A stretch of DNA of 64,000 nucleotides, taken from the NCBI GenBank assembly GCA_001949185.1, contig BDGG01000002.1, positions 3,345,826-3,409,825 on the forward strand, read 5' to 3'. Of this stretch, positions 38,340-51,530 are shown one piece after another. Source of the stretch: Ramazzottius varieornatus. Its lineage: Eukaryota; Animalia; Tardigrada. The notes under the pieces are model-generated. The model ran no database searches, was not told the origin of the DNA, and worked only from the letters and a program-made list of their open reading frames with translations. A program made the position numbers and the translations under genes. Each line of letters begins with the position of its first letter. The stretch's first letter is position 1.

Positions 38340-39281
38340 CAGGGGCGCGTTGACCCATAAGGCTGACGAGGCTCAGCCTGTCCCAAAGTCCAAATTCTCA
38401 GCCTCGACAGGCTGGGAAAATAGCTGGGAAAATGGAAGCAAAAGTAGCAGCCTCGTGAGGCCAGCCTCTGGCTGGCTGAAAATTTTTTTTTACTTGTTAG
38501 CCATTCTGACCGGTTTTTGAACGTAACTACCAGTACACGCGCCTACTTCTGGGCATGAACACAACTGTGGGCCACGGAGCGAAAGCGGCGCTGCTCCGAT
38601 TGATTAAATAGATTGGTCAACCCCGGCTGGCCCGTGCCGTCTTCGTTCCGTGGCCCACAGTTTTGTCCATGCTCACATTTGGGCCACGCGCGTGTACAGT
38701 ATGAAGTGGACTGTTAACTTTAATCTCGTGAAGGATAACTATACAAAAACTTCGCTGATACAAAAACTTCGCTGAGATGTTAAGACAGGCACGCAGTGAT
38801 ATGAACATCCGATATGGACATCCTTCGCATGGAGGAGCTCCGAAATGTGGCTAAAAACCACAAGTAAGGCGTCCAGCGGGCCAGAGACCCTCCTGCTTTT
38901 TCTTTTCCTTCTGCTGTCTCCTTCTTTCTTCTTTCTTTTGTTAGTTTCCAGTCTTACCTATTTTTCTGTCTTATCTCTTAATGTTTTATACTTTTCTAAG
39001 TTTCTATGATCATCTAACTCTTCATTAGGCTCAGTTTACAGTGAAACTGCGTAACCACCACCTGTGACATTGACAAATAGAAACCAAGGTACTTTTATAT
39101 AACGCTCCATATAGAATTAGCCTGATTTCTTCTTTTTGCGTACCATACTGCTTTTTTCGTTTTTTTCAGCCTCGTGAGGCTCCTTCACAGTTTTCGTCAG
39201 CCTCGAGGCTCAAAACCACGGTTTTCCCAGCCTCACAGGCTGAGCAGCCTTACGCATCCGCGGGACCTCCACGCGCCCCTG
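38340..39281. mobile_element. hAT MITE (CAGGGGCGCGT TIR) with a nested palindromic MITE
   Basis: TIR CAGGGGCGCGT/ACGCGCCCCTG; perfect TSD GATACAAG (38332-38339, 39282-39289); CAGCCTC subterminal repeats. Confidence 0.9.
38534..38697. mobile_element. Palindromic TA-flanked MITE nested in 38340-39281
   Basis: TACACGCGC...GCGCGTGTA termini; homologous to 19712-19876. Confidence 0.75.
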
Positions 39282-40085
39282 GATACAAGTACCCCTAACG
39301 TTGGTGCATCATGCATGAATGCTCTTTATTTAGAGCTCTTTTTCACTGAAAAATTGGGTAAAATTGGTGAATGCGCAATTTTACCTTCCGAGTGCATCTC
39401 TTTCGCAGTAAATTCTATGTCCTCTTTCGCGAAAACGGCCTTGCCATTCTGGGTGGGCGCATACCCACAGTCCTTGATTCTGATGGGGAGAAGCAAGCTT
39501 GTGATCCGAACGACGTTGAGATACTTGAAATTGCATGTGGCCGGGAGGATGTACGTCAGCAGCGAATACTCCGGCCTAACGATGCCCACGCCCTCCTGAA
39601 GAGAATAACTACAGCGATGTCCGCAAACGAGCTGGATGTAGTTCCAACGCCAGCTGGATTGGAGGTTCCGTCACACTTGCAGCAAGGATCCTAACTCCAA
39701 GAACGATGTAGATGCCGCCGGTCTTGTCCATACAATACTGGCACAAAAACAAAGTTTTTATTTTCTGAAGGCTAGGCGCAGCCGTGATCATCGAAGAAAC
39801 AAGATAACCAAACACCAGCTTTCATTGCAGGGCGATTCTTGGCGAAACAAAAGAAACGGGGCCGAGCGAGCTAGGTTGTTTTCACCGGACCGCTTACCAT
39901 CTGGCGTAATAACTTCGGTAAGCTTTTTGGCGCGAACAGCCTAACAACAGTCGATCATTTTTCATTTTCGTTTTCGTTCGTGAATTTTCATCTTATGATT
40001 CTTATCCGTAAGCTGTAGCCTGTAGCGTTGGTAATTCTGTGTTCCTTCTGTAATCGCAGGTGGCTTCTGCCGAAAGAAGGACACG

Positions 40086-42219
40086 ATGGAGCGTCTGGCC
40101 GATCCTCGGAAGTTGGAGCACATCCCGTCTGCCCAGCCCGATTCTGACTTTGAAGCATTCCTCAGTCTCGGCAACAGCAACAACGCTGCAGCTGCTCCTG
40201 CTCAGAATAATAACCGTAACGGAGGATTATTCTACAACTCCCAACCTTCTTCCCACTCATCTCAACCAACTTCGCAGTCTCCCTCCCAGGCGCAAGCGCA
40301 ATCCAAGGCAGCCAAGAAGCTTGAAGACTTCACCAACAAATTTCGTGGTGCGCTCAGCGTCCTGACCACCGTCTCCGACAGCAACGCTTTCCTCAAAGAG
40401 CTGCAAAACATCTGCGACATCAGCAGGAATCTTATTCCTCAGAAACGAATGTACGTTACCGCTATCCAGGGCGCTTTGGAAGAATTCCTGCAGCCCGAGC
40501 ATGAAGGTGAGAAATTCAACTTGTGGAACATCGTCGGTCAGTTAACAACAGCGTTGGACGGGTCATTTTCGCAGCAAATTAATGGGAATTACCGAAAACA
40601 CAACGGCTTTGCAACATTCCAACCCAGGAACGCAAGTCAATCAATCAAAATCTTTTTCGTCTTCAGAAACACGCTCCATTCGTCGTTCGAACACTGGTTC
40701 ACCAGTTAATGAAGGCAGAATCTGCGCACTGATGACAAATTCCTCATTGCATCCAGATCTAGGCAGGTTGTATGTTACAGCTCCGTAAAATCCGATATTA
40801 GGCTGGAAATTCACTGTGAAAATCACCCGTCCAACGCCGATTAACAGTCACAGTGCGCTGTGCGCATCACGCACATACATACAAGTGGTCGCGAACTCAC
40901 GATGAACACGTGTTTTGCGTATACGTGCGCGATATACTCTCCAGTGTGGAGCCTCGTGTGCAGCACTCACCTACTGCCTTTACAGCGTTGCACGTAAGGC
41001 TCGCTCTGTATGCTGCTGTACGTCTCGAATTTGTTGATCTTTTATTACGCACCTACGTACAGGCACATCCTGCAGCAGCACCGGATAGATGTATACTGGT
41101 GGTTGTCTCCAGCGTACAAGTCTCTAAATGTACTCAACAGGTGGTTTTCCGGAAGATGGGCTGAAAGAAGTCGTGAAAGAACTGAATTCCGCCCTCGAAG
41201 CTAATTTCACAATGCGCACAGATATTCAACTGATGGAGCAAATAATAGCGTTGATGAAAGAGCTTCCCGCCGTTACACCGAAGTTCCCACGTGCGAGACG
41301 GAGATCGCTCGTACCAAAGAAGCGTCGCACATTAGTGAACGATGACGACGAGGAAGGTGATGGCGAGGCGGAAGAAGAAGAAGTAGTGGATGTGGAGGAT
41401 GAATACGGAGAGGTAGAAGAAGAAGAACCGCAAGAAGACCTGATGCAGGCGATACCTGACGAAGAAGAACCCGAAGCTTCGCAAGCACACGCGGATATAC
41501 TTAAACCTGACTACATTCAGAAGAAGCGTCAGGAAATAGCAGTCTATTTACAGCCTGAAAGACTCACGATCGCGCGAACTATTGAACAGGTCCTTGACAA
41601 AGTCAGAACGAAGCGAGGTAAAATGCAACATGGGCAAATGATTTGAGTCAGAGCACTTTCCCAAGTGGCGCACACCTTCAGCCCTTCTCAATGAAATCGC
41701 GCGCCACTTGAAGTAACGGTCTGGCTCGGTCCGTTGCCCACATCCCACATTGTACTTCACTGATTTTTGACCGAAAGATCTTGGGGAAAAAGTGACTTGT
41801 TGGTTTTTCTTTTGTTTTCAGGATATTCGTGGAAGATTGAAGACGGTGAGTTAGTCGAGAAAGAACCCACAGAAGATGACAGCATGCTGCTGAATGCCGT
41901 TGTCGTCGCGCCTAAAGTCATCCAAGATCCCATTTCCAAGAAAGAAATCACCGAGAAGGCTGTGAGGAGTTCGAAGTGTCCGAATCATCATCTGTACGAA
42001 GAAGCAACGCTTAGACCGTTGCTGGCACAAGCAGAACAGACCCATCCTCGTGGAATGAAGTGCGCGTACTTGGGGTGTCCCAACTACATTGCTCGACAAG
42101 ACTTGGTGGAAGACGAAGAGTACGCCCGATTTCTGAGTCGCGCAGCTGCAACGCAACAACCGATGAACGAAGAACGGAATGGTCAGGAGGGCGAAGAAAC
42201 CGAAGTTTTCTTCGACTAG
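40086..42219 (+). CDS. NSMCE2: E3 SUMO ligase NSE2/MMS21 (Smc5/6 complex), 3 coding exons, ~431 aa
   Basis: Exons 40086-40506, 41141-41617, 41822-42219, phase-compatible. C-terminal SP-RING/zf-Nse: DPISKKEITEKAVRSSKCPNHHLYEEATL...KCAYLGCPNYIARQDL. Confidence 0.82.
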
Positions 42220-42536
42220 TTTTTTTCTCACTGTGTTGTTATGTATCTTTATTCGGATGAACGTTCCTTCGATTTTTTATTCTCTCTAACAACTTTAGCC
42301 TTTTTAACGATACAGTTTAACTCGTCTATGCGATAAACAGGTAAAAGTTTAACCAGAAGGATTTTAGAAGTTGAATTTTACCTGCAAGTGCGACAGGGTC
42401 TGTTTCCATTTTTTTACCACTCTCTGAATCTGAATTTTCTTGTAAGTTGCGCAAAGGGACAGTTTCCAGCGGAGCAACGGAGAACAGCAGCGAGAACTGA
42501 AAGCAATTGTTATACTCGGCTTGACAACTGAAAAAA

Positions 42537-45500
42537 TTAATTATTGTGTTCCTCGATAATAGAACGTTTGACCAAAGAACCACCGGAAATCGAATCACCG
42601 AAAACAAAGGTGGTTAAATTATTGCTACTGGTTCTTGGTAAAGCGCTACGGAGGACAGGTAAAGAACCCAACGGCTGTTGTTGTGGTGCATTGAATACGG
42701 GCTGTTGGTTCCCGAAGAAGAAGTTTTGGGGCTGTTGAGGCGCCATCTGGAACTGTGGCTGGTTGTTGTTCATGGGCAGCTGGACTTGAGGTGCAAAGTT
42801 GGGCTGGGGGACACCCTGCTGGACGAACTGTTGGAGATTGTTCTGACTATTGGCTTGGGCGAACTGAAAGGGAGGTTGTGCGATAGACTGGGATGGCGGA
42901 CCGGCAAAGTCTTGTTGGATATTGGGTATGCCGCCACCGGCTCGCCAGATGCTCAAGTCGATTGATGGAATTTGGTTACACGGTAACTTTGGGTTTCTGC
43001 AAGAATCAAAAATCGTCGGAAAACTGTGGCCGAACGTCCCGATATCCTGAACTGTGGTCAACCACCTGAGCTATACCCAGGTGGTCAGAAATTTCGGGGA
43101 AAATGCTCGAATGGGTTGTCGATTTGATGTACATTTTTACCTGTGGAACTGTGGAATATGTTTTATCCAACAACAGTTCTACATGTTAGTTATACTTTTA
43201 CAGGCGTAATATTGGAATAAAAATTGTCCTACTGCTGCGGAGCGAAGTCTCTCACATGTTCATGAACGGAATTGGTTCCACCATAACGCGTCTCTGCATA
43301 GCAAAGGAATCCGTGTTGTCGCAGAGGACTCTCGCAAGGGAAGATTTCCGGATTTCTGCCAGCTGGGCTGCAAGGAAGAAGGGTGTGAAGATCGTTCTCG
43401 CACTGGGCGAAAACCTGTTAGGCCTTCGTTCCGAATCATGCGCATCTCAGAGATTTGCTTACGTGGCGTTAGTGCTCCGGTACTCAAGTTGTTCTCGTAC
43501 CAATATCGGTCCCCTCTTCGTAAGTTGTGAAACTGTCTAGCAATAATACATGCGAACGTGGGACCGACCAGGCCACCGGACACGGCGAATTCCGATAATC
43601 CAGCAGTGAAGAGATCAACGTCATCTGGGCTTTCGTATAAAGCGGCGAGTCGTTGCAGAGCATCGTCCGGCATCACTGTTTTCAGCTCGTCGAACGAGGC
43701 GGCGACGGGGAACCCACAAAAGCGCCTCCACGAGTTGTAGCCTGGAATACCGTGATCGCGACCGCGTTGAATATTCCGTGATATCAGATCGTTCCCAAAT
43801 GCTTGACCTACAGAAAGCAGGGTCAGTTTTTTGCAAATAGCTCCATAATTAGTGAATACAGTCCTTGCAGAAGGAAGATTGTACCTGGCGGTTGAAATAA
43901 ATGATTGGATAGCTCTTCCGTGACGAAGCGGTCAAAGGTTTGTGCGTTCTGTGAAGTCATGCCGCGCAAATATTGATCGCAGCGACCTTGGTCGTAGAGA
44001 ATCAACGGTTGGAAAAAGCTGTTGACCAAGTTGTTCGCCATGACGGCTTGTCCATTTTGGTTATCCAAACGAAATTCGCCATTGACAAGCGAATGCCCAA
44101 ACCTGGAATCCAAAAGCTGTATTCTTCGCGTCCTAGTTTGTTTTGTTTTGACATGTTGGATGCACAACCCGTGTTCGATTATTCACACAGAAATACCAGA
44201 CTAAATGTAAGAAGGCCGACGGAAATCTCTATTCCTGAATATTATTTCTAACGGTTGAAACCACGGTGGCGCAGTCAAATACGCCACTATTGTCGGCTAG
44301 TATCTTCATTTTTTCTACCAATGGTGCTGGTACCTGTACGCAGCGGTTGCGAATTCGTTTGCGATGGACGGGTTAACTTGGTCTGAATAACCCGTGTAGT
44401 ATCCGGTGGTTAAGAGGTTTAATCCGAATTGATTCATAATGTCACGTCCGAGGACTACGGGCAGGTACTCGTTGAAGGTGATATGTTGGAACATGGCGCC
44501 TAATATCCGTCTGGTCTCTTGGTAGACACGTTCGTCGTCCCAGCCAGACGCTTGGTTCATACTCCATAAGGCTCGCGCAACCCGATTGTGTTCGCGTAAC
44601 CTACAGTTACGGTTCGATTGTCTTTGAGGTTTCTCAGTGGTGTCCCGATTGTCTCACTTACCAGAGTGTGTGCATAGCCGCCAGGCCCGTGTGGACATTG
44701 ACGCGTACGTCTCCTGCACGTTCGACCAACAAAGTAAATAAATTAAGTAAGGGTATAGCACACGTTGTTGAACGGAGGTAGGAAGATTCTGTTACTTACC
44801 AGCTCGAAAACACGTGCGATCAGCTGTCTTCCGAAAACATTCTTCAGTGGCGGTATCCGATGGGAGTACGGATTCTGAAGTGCCGCGTGGTACTTGGACT
44901 TGCATCAGACCTATCAAAACAGGCGGTTGGTCTCTCTCCAAAGGCCAAATATATCGAATAAAAAATATATCGGGCCCCGATTGTCGAATTCGATATTCCT
45001 GTAATCGCATTTACCCATTTGAAATGATCGAAGACTGGTGGCAGTGGTCTGAGTTGATCCGTAAACTTGAGAAGCTGTGGGAAACAAAGATATTTAGTAG
45101 CTGCAGTGTTTCGGTGGGTCGGTTTTTGTTCAGTTTCAGCAAGTTTTAGTTTCTCAATCGCTGGTTGGTGTCAGTACTAACCGTCGATAAAAGAAGTCAG
45201 TTGGTTGAGCTGTTCGCGAGGACCCAGAACGTTGGTTGCAGGACTACTTCGGACAAACTCGAGACATTCCTGTCCGAAGCGCGGGTAAAATGGGTCGTTC
45301 CGCGGGATGGGGATGGCGAAACAGGAAGAATGGGCCACCGTTCCTTGGGGAAGGTCGCAACATTTTGGAGTCATCAGTTGAGTGCGACCATTTTGTGCCA
45401 CCTCGATGGCCGTGATAGGTGTGTGCTACAACAAACGTAGAAAAACATCGAAGTGTAGACGCTCGTGAGCCAATCGATTTCAGCAGTAAGCTGTGATACA

Positions 45501-47792
45501 CATACCGTCATGTCATGGTCCAAAAACTGTCCCCATTGCATCAACTAGAAGTACTTTTTTGTCAGCACTTTTGCTTGGATCGAAATCAATGTTGGGTGAT
45601 CGTTGCTTGAAACTTACTATGTGGGTCACGTGATCATGTGGCCGTGACATTTGCGTGTGCATGGACACCGTCACCTGTCTGGCACTGGGCAGCATGGTCT
45701 TCGTTCTCACAGACCTTATTCGGGGAACTGAGACTCCGTCGTTGTAGTCCGGAGGAAGGAAGCGGACATACGGCTGGAAGGACTGACCCCATGTCGGGTT
45801 GTTCAGGTTGTTGCAACGACCCGAAGGGTCCCTGAATGGACGGTCTGTGCAGCCGGCAGCCGCCTGACGTTTCTTTCGGGTCAGAGGCACCGGTACTCCG
45901 TAGTGATTGATCGGGCTGTCTGCCGCGTCGGATGCTGGGGTCTTTGAATTCTGGCCGACATCACGAACCATCCGGACGAACTGCGGGCTGAAAGAGTAGG
46001 AGGGCTCGTTGGTGTTGGGCGATGCCTGGATGTTTATTGTACGTCCAGCTACCTAAGCCAAATTCAATTAGTCATCTCGATAGATTCGCAGAATGTTATC
46101 GGTTCTCATATATGCCCACATAAAAAGACTGCGCCGCACATTCCCCTGTTGAATCTGTTTAGCCTGAACCAAGACAAATACTGCTTCGGCAGAATGGTCT
46201 CAGAGAAAGGGTTGTCTGGGGACGTAAGTTACCACTTTTCCCACTGTTCGTCTCCTCTTAGTAATGCGGCATGCTGTAAGTTGCTATGTCGGCGATATCG
46301 GTCAAAGGACCTCGCAGCTAAACGTAAGTACCGATTGATACGAAAACAAATTATGTAGTTTATAATTTGATTATTACCTCAACGGTAATGTCGAGGTTTG
46401 GTGGTGGTGTGCTGATGAAGTTTTCCAGCTGAGTTCCTTCAATGTTCACACCGGTCAAACCCACGACTTCATCCTTGTTCAGGTTGAACTCTTCTTTTAG
46501 CGTGGACGTAACTTTCTCAAACACCTGTGCCTTTTCTCCAAGGTCCACGGACACCGGTGTGGGTCTGGAAAATGCAAAGAGGGCTTTCTGGACACTGGCG
46601 CTGTTGGGTCCATTCGCCGGTCCGCCTTCCGCGGTCGCTATGGTTAGATTCGTAGATTGGAGTGCTGTCAAAGAAACTACGTTACGTCACTGTCACACCA
46701 AGATTATGACACGACTGTTGACTCCTCACACTACGGAAACGTGACAGATGTTGTTGAGCTATGATCGATAGTGTTTAATAACCGCGAAAAAAACAAATAT
46801 GACCTACACAGGTCTCGCGGAGATCTAGTACCGGTATGAGTAATCGGCCTGCATCTTGTGCAAATTTGTACATGTTTACATAGAGCTAATCCATTTGCGG
46901 CGAGACGAACCTTGGAAGAGGTGTTTGACACTGGAGATGTCGAACGGACAGCTGGACGACTGCGGTAGACATAATTTTCTGACGAAACTTTTTTTGGAAA
47001 CCACGACCGAAATACTATGGTGAATCGTTGAACCCTTCTCATAGCCTCTATGCGGGAGGTTGAAAAATCACAAGGAAAATCATAACTTACACTCCTAACA
47101 AAAAGCTGGTCAAACTAACCCGCTTTTCTCCTTTTATTACCTTGGCCTAAGGTAAAGACTCGGGCTGATGGGAGCTCAGCTGCTGCTTTTTCCGCCCTTT
47201 TGATCTGTTCTGCTGTTCGATCATTCTCTTCCTGTAGCTGCCTCTGGATATCCGGTAACAACTTTGTGGTGAAATCGTCGATAACTTTGGCGTCGATCTG
47301 GGAGGGAGGAGTTGCTCGCTTGTTCCGCTTTGTCGAGAAATCAGGAATACCATGCGATACCTACAGGAAAAAAAGATGCATCGGCAAAGAAAAACTAATA
47401 GGGCAAACACCGAAGGAACCAAAACGGTGAATGGTCTGAAGGAATTGTACATTGAAGTTAATTCCGTTGGCTTCGGTTTCTGTGGTCAGAAGGTCGGCTG
47501 AAAAATCGTTGGAGGATAATGACTCCACCCCACACATGTACCGGATCGTATCCCATGATACACTATAGTTCTTTGTAGGTTTTTCAATAGAGATGTTCAC
47601 ATCACCGTCAAGGAGTTTAGGCCGGAGTAATTCAGCATCCGCCTTGCTATGCATATCCATGGGGCATAATATCACAGAAGTGGCGCACCATCCCAGCAGA
47701 GTTATCACAATGGTTAACCACCGGTGGTCGCCACAGCAAGCTGGTCGACATGATAATGTAGATGACAACAGGGTCATCGAAAGGGGCGGCAT
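42537..47792 (-). CDS. Animal heme peroxidase, peroxinectin/chorion-peroxidase-like (multi-exon)
   Basis: [12 protein letters not shown]; [10 protein letters not shown]; CLEFVRS; [12 protein letters not shown]; CFRAGD.R; REHNRVA; [13 protein letters not shown]; NIQRGRDHG; [11 protein letters not shown]; GPTFACII; [10 protein letters not shown]. The first exons are approximate. Confidence 0.93.
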
Positions 47793-50733
47793 TGAATGAA
47801 GGGTGACCGGTCAAGACAATACCAGGCTGGAGGAGCTCACATCCGTAGAGCTCGTCGAGTACAAGCCGCGTTAGTGCGAAACAGATCGAGGGCTAATTTG
47901 CATGTCTAAGTACCTGCACCACTGGTCAAACGTCGTTGGAGATCATTTCGCACGGCGGCAGACGACGATCTCGCGGCACAAGTGAAAGTTAGCCGTGAGA
48001 GAAAACTGCCCAGCCAGAATTGATGCAAAGACTATGTACACTTGTCGACGCTCCAAACACAATAAACTACAGTACTGTTGTGGTGCCCAGGTAAGCGTGA
48101 TGAGCGGACGAGGACGACGGCGAGCCAAAGTGAGAAAGCCAGCGGAAGATTGCGCAATCACTTGACAAACTCTGTTGGCTTTCTTGAATTTCCTCAAGAT
48201 CCACACCGAGTATAGCAATTTTCCCCACTCGACCTGCTTCGCTTTGTACATCAGTCTGTAGCATCAGCGTGCGGTACGGTAAGGTATAAGGTGTGATGTA
48301 GCAGAGTTATGACGTACATGCCCAATTGTACGCATGCACAGTGGGGGAAAACAAGAGCCGATGAAAAGGTGGCTCTTCAAAGACATCCGTATGCGAACAA
48401 GCAGTGCACACCACAGAGAATGCTGAGACGGTGTTTGACTTGGCTGACAGTCAGCGCTGTAATCCTGCTGGCAGATCAATGCTTCCTCAGTGACTAATCA
48501 GCCGTTCCACGAGCCCGCTGCTACTCTTGACTACCATGCAAAAACGGAACAGAATAAAAACTATTTCACCCGGGAGAAAACAATAACGGTGCCTGGCTGG
48601 GCTGATCGCGCCGTTCTGTTCACAACACAGGTATGAAGCCGCCTACAAGTTAGACGGATCTGTGCAATTGTCAACCGAGTGCCTGCTCATATCCTTGAAC
48701 CTCAAACTAGGGACAAACAAAAAATGAGCAAGGTGCTGAATTTTGAATTTGGATGCGTGAGATGCTGAAGTGGATTTTTAAGTGCGCTGAATGTGTTGCA
48801 GTTGTCCAAGTAAAAGTACGTCCGCGCGTGTAGCACCGGTACATTAGCGTAAACTGTACGCGTGCTTTGGATGGCGGTGACTGGTCATACATGTGGCGCC
48901 ACCCTGCGTACTAATGTGACAGAATCGTAGCGCGCTGAAGCTAGTAGTGGTTCCGCTGCGGTGTTGCAGAGTCATACTGTTGGCTCAATTAAGCCTTCCA
49001 GAAATCGTCGACACTCGACCACGCCTGCGTTCCCTCTCGCAGAACTTTCCAAGTGCGGATCTCATGTCACCGCTGGCAGTAGCAAACATGAACGAATTCG
49101 CACACGACAGTCCATAACCCAGCCATAACGGGCAGAATGGACGTGCAATTTTTGGAAATGAGCGGGTATTTTTGGAAGATATTGTTATCAAAACATGGGC
49201 CGATCTCTTGGTCACCGTGGGAATTTTAAGCTAGCATTACATGATTACGCAGAGCGTGTAAACTCAATCCGAAGACCAAGTATCGCAAGTCTCTCTCGAC
49301 GACAGCGCTACTCACTCGATCGCGGCCCACTCTTCCGCAGTATTTGGCTGCGCCCGTACTGTCCTGGGCGACTGACCACTGGCCATCACATCAGGCCACA
49401 TCACAAGCACGTGCTAAATTGCACAAGTCCTAAACTTTCTCAATTTATGAGCCGCTCTTGAGCATCCGATAAACAGATCAGACAGACAAGTTACACACAT
49501 AAAAGAAAAATTTTCGAAAGAGAAACGGCTGATTAGCTAATTATCCAATGCCTTTCGAGTACGCCTGATTATCTGTCAGGATCGGTGAAGAACAATGGCA
49601 CCAGATGGTCGAGCGGACAGTGGGTAGCATTGTCATGGGCGAGACTGCTGAGCGTAGGACTGTATGTGACCGCCTGTCGTTTACGACTTCTCGATCACCT
49701 CCTTCTTTTGCAAATTTCTCATACTCGAGCATCCACCAGACGATATTAACAAAGCATTTGCACCGTCGGTAATAAGGAAGTAATCTCGGTCGAAAAGCCT
49801 AAGTTAGAGTCATCCCCGGAACATGCATCCAATCCAACAAAATCGGCCAGTAAATGAAGCAGCTGGCAGGCTCCAAAGTATTTGCCGATTTCTCCTGAGC
49901 TCAGTTTGAAACTTTCTGATGTGGATCGGATCCATGTATCTGGGAATTTTCTCGTCTATCTACACAAGAATTTTGAAGCGTGTCGGATGGATAGTTCAAA
50001 TGTTGGCCGGAATTGGCGACCTTCATAATTTCATAATTTGACGCAATATGAACAACGGCGCGCTTTCAACCTCACGCGGACATTCTCACCAAGTGTTTTG
50101 TCTACCCTATTGGCACTCCAAATACCAAATTTTGTCACAAATCGCGCGTAGAAAATTGTTTTCGTGTCAATGGAGTTGCACGTCCATAATGGCCCTACGT
50201 CTCCTCCGTCGGAAGACGCAAGTGCATGCAAAGCCACCAGAGCACCCATGAAAGCACACAGGCTACTACTACAACCATCAGAATAAAGAAAGCTTGCCGG
50301 TCTTTCTTCTTTGATCGTGATTCGTATCGCGGATTTTAGTCGTTCTGAGCGTTGATCTGTCTGTCTTTTCAAGCAGCCCATCTGAAAAAGTGCGATCAAG
50401 TAACGAATCACGGTCAAGATAACCCGAGTGAAAATGTCCTCAAACGCAAGTGGAATACTACTAGCCCATGAAGAAGCGCCATTATTAATCCATTCGCACG
50501 TTAAGTTGATAGACTGTTGAGCGAAATGAATTCTGGTATGGGTGTATAGATGTAACGAGGAAGTACGGATACATATAGTAATTGGTTATCCAACTGCAGC
50601 CAATTAGAAGCAGAACCTTCTTGCAGTTGAATGGATTATGATGACGGTATTGCTGATAGGCCAGGTGACGGCCCGAAGGCGGTCGGCGGACACGGCACGA
50701 GACCCCACAGGCTCACGACGTCCCATAGCAGGC

Positions 50734-50783
50734 NNNNNNNNNNNNNNNNNNNNNNNNNNNNNNNNNNNNNNNNNNNNNNNNNN
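50734..50783. other. Assembly gap (50 N)
   Basis: Run of N. Confidence 1.
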
Positions 50784-50823
50784 GCGCCTGCTTTGCCGAA
50801 TAGAATTTGCCGAATAAAAGGGT

Positions 50824-51240
50824 ATTCGAACTTTGGACCTGACGTCACAACTTGAATCGTTGGCTCTGGTCGTTACAAACGGCTCGATCCAGTACCTACA
50901 TGAAACGCGCCGAAAGAGGATTTTACTCAAAAATAGCAAGGACCAAGTCCGACACGACAGACCGACACCATAGCATTAGCTAAGAGCACTTGGTCACGTT
51001 TTACCCTACTTGGTCAATAAATACTTGTAACTGAAGGATTTTTCGTCGACCAAATACGGATAAAAGTACTCGGATGCTATTAGCCAACTGTCTGATGTTA
51101 GTCTGTCTGCGCCGGACTCCCTGCCTGCCAATATTGAATCAAAACTTCTTAGGCACGTTTTATGCAGGTACCGGGTCGAGCCCATTGTATCGAGCGGAGC
51201 CGACGACTTGAGTCGTGACGTCAGGTCCAAAGTTGAACAC
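50824..51240. mobile_element. Foldback element with ~105-bp imperfect inverted arms
   Basis: AACTTTGGACCTGACGTCAC...GCTCGATCCAGTACCTACATGAAACG pairs with CGTTTTATGCAGGTACCGGGTCGAGC...GTGACGTCAGGTCCAAAGTT. Confidence 0.8.
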
Positions 51241-51295
51241 GTTTTTATTCAATTTGTATTAAATGTTTTATTCAATTTTTACGACAAACATTTGC

Positions 51296-51530
51296 CTACG
51301 GGACGCGCCTGGTCCATATTATGGTCGAAGAACATCCGGACACTGCAGTGAAGGTCGCTGAGTGCCAATGTCCGTCGTATGTAATTACCGTGTTGTGGGA
51401 CAAGTTGATGAGGACGGTCAGGAAGTCGTTGATAGCAATGCTTAGAAGGTGGCTGTTGAACGGCGTTCGCACTTCGCAAGCGGCAAGCGACGAGGTTAGA
51501 AGCAGAGGACGATGACCAGTGCACTGAATT
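51296..51530 (-). pseudogene. Fragment (TM1-TM3) of a class A GPCR pseudogene
   Basis: VRTPFNSHLLSIAINDFL...YDGHW resembles TM2/ECL1 of the GPCR at 18196 (LRTGFNYLL...FDGW); truncated next to the foldback element. Confidence 0.6.

Noticed and set aside
47900-50700. Numerous 60-130 aa ORFs upstream of the peroxidase
   Set aside because: No coding motifs or consistent splice structure; probably intronic or intergenic.
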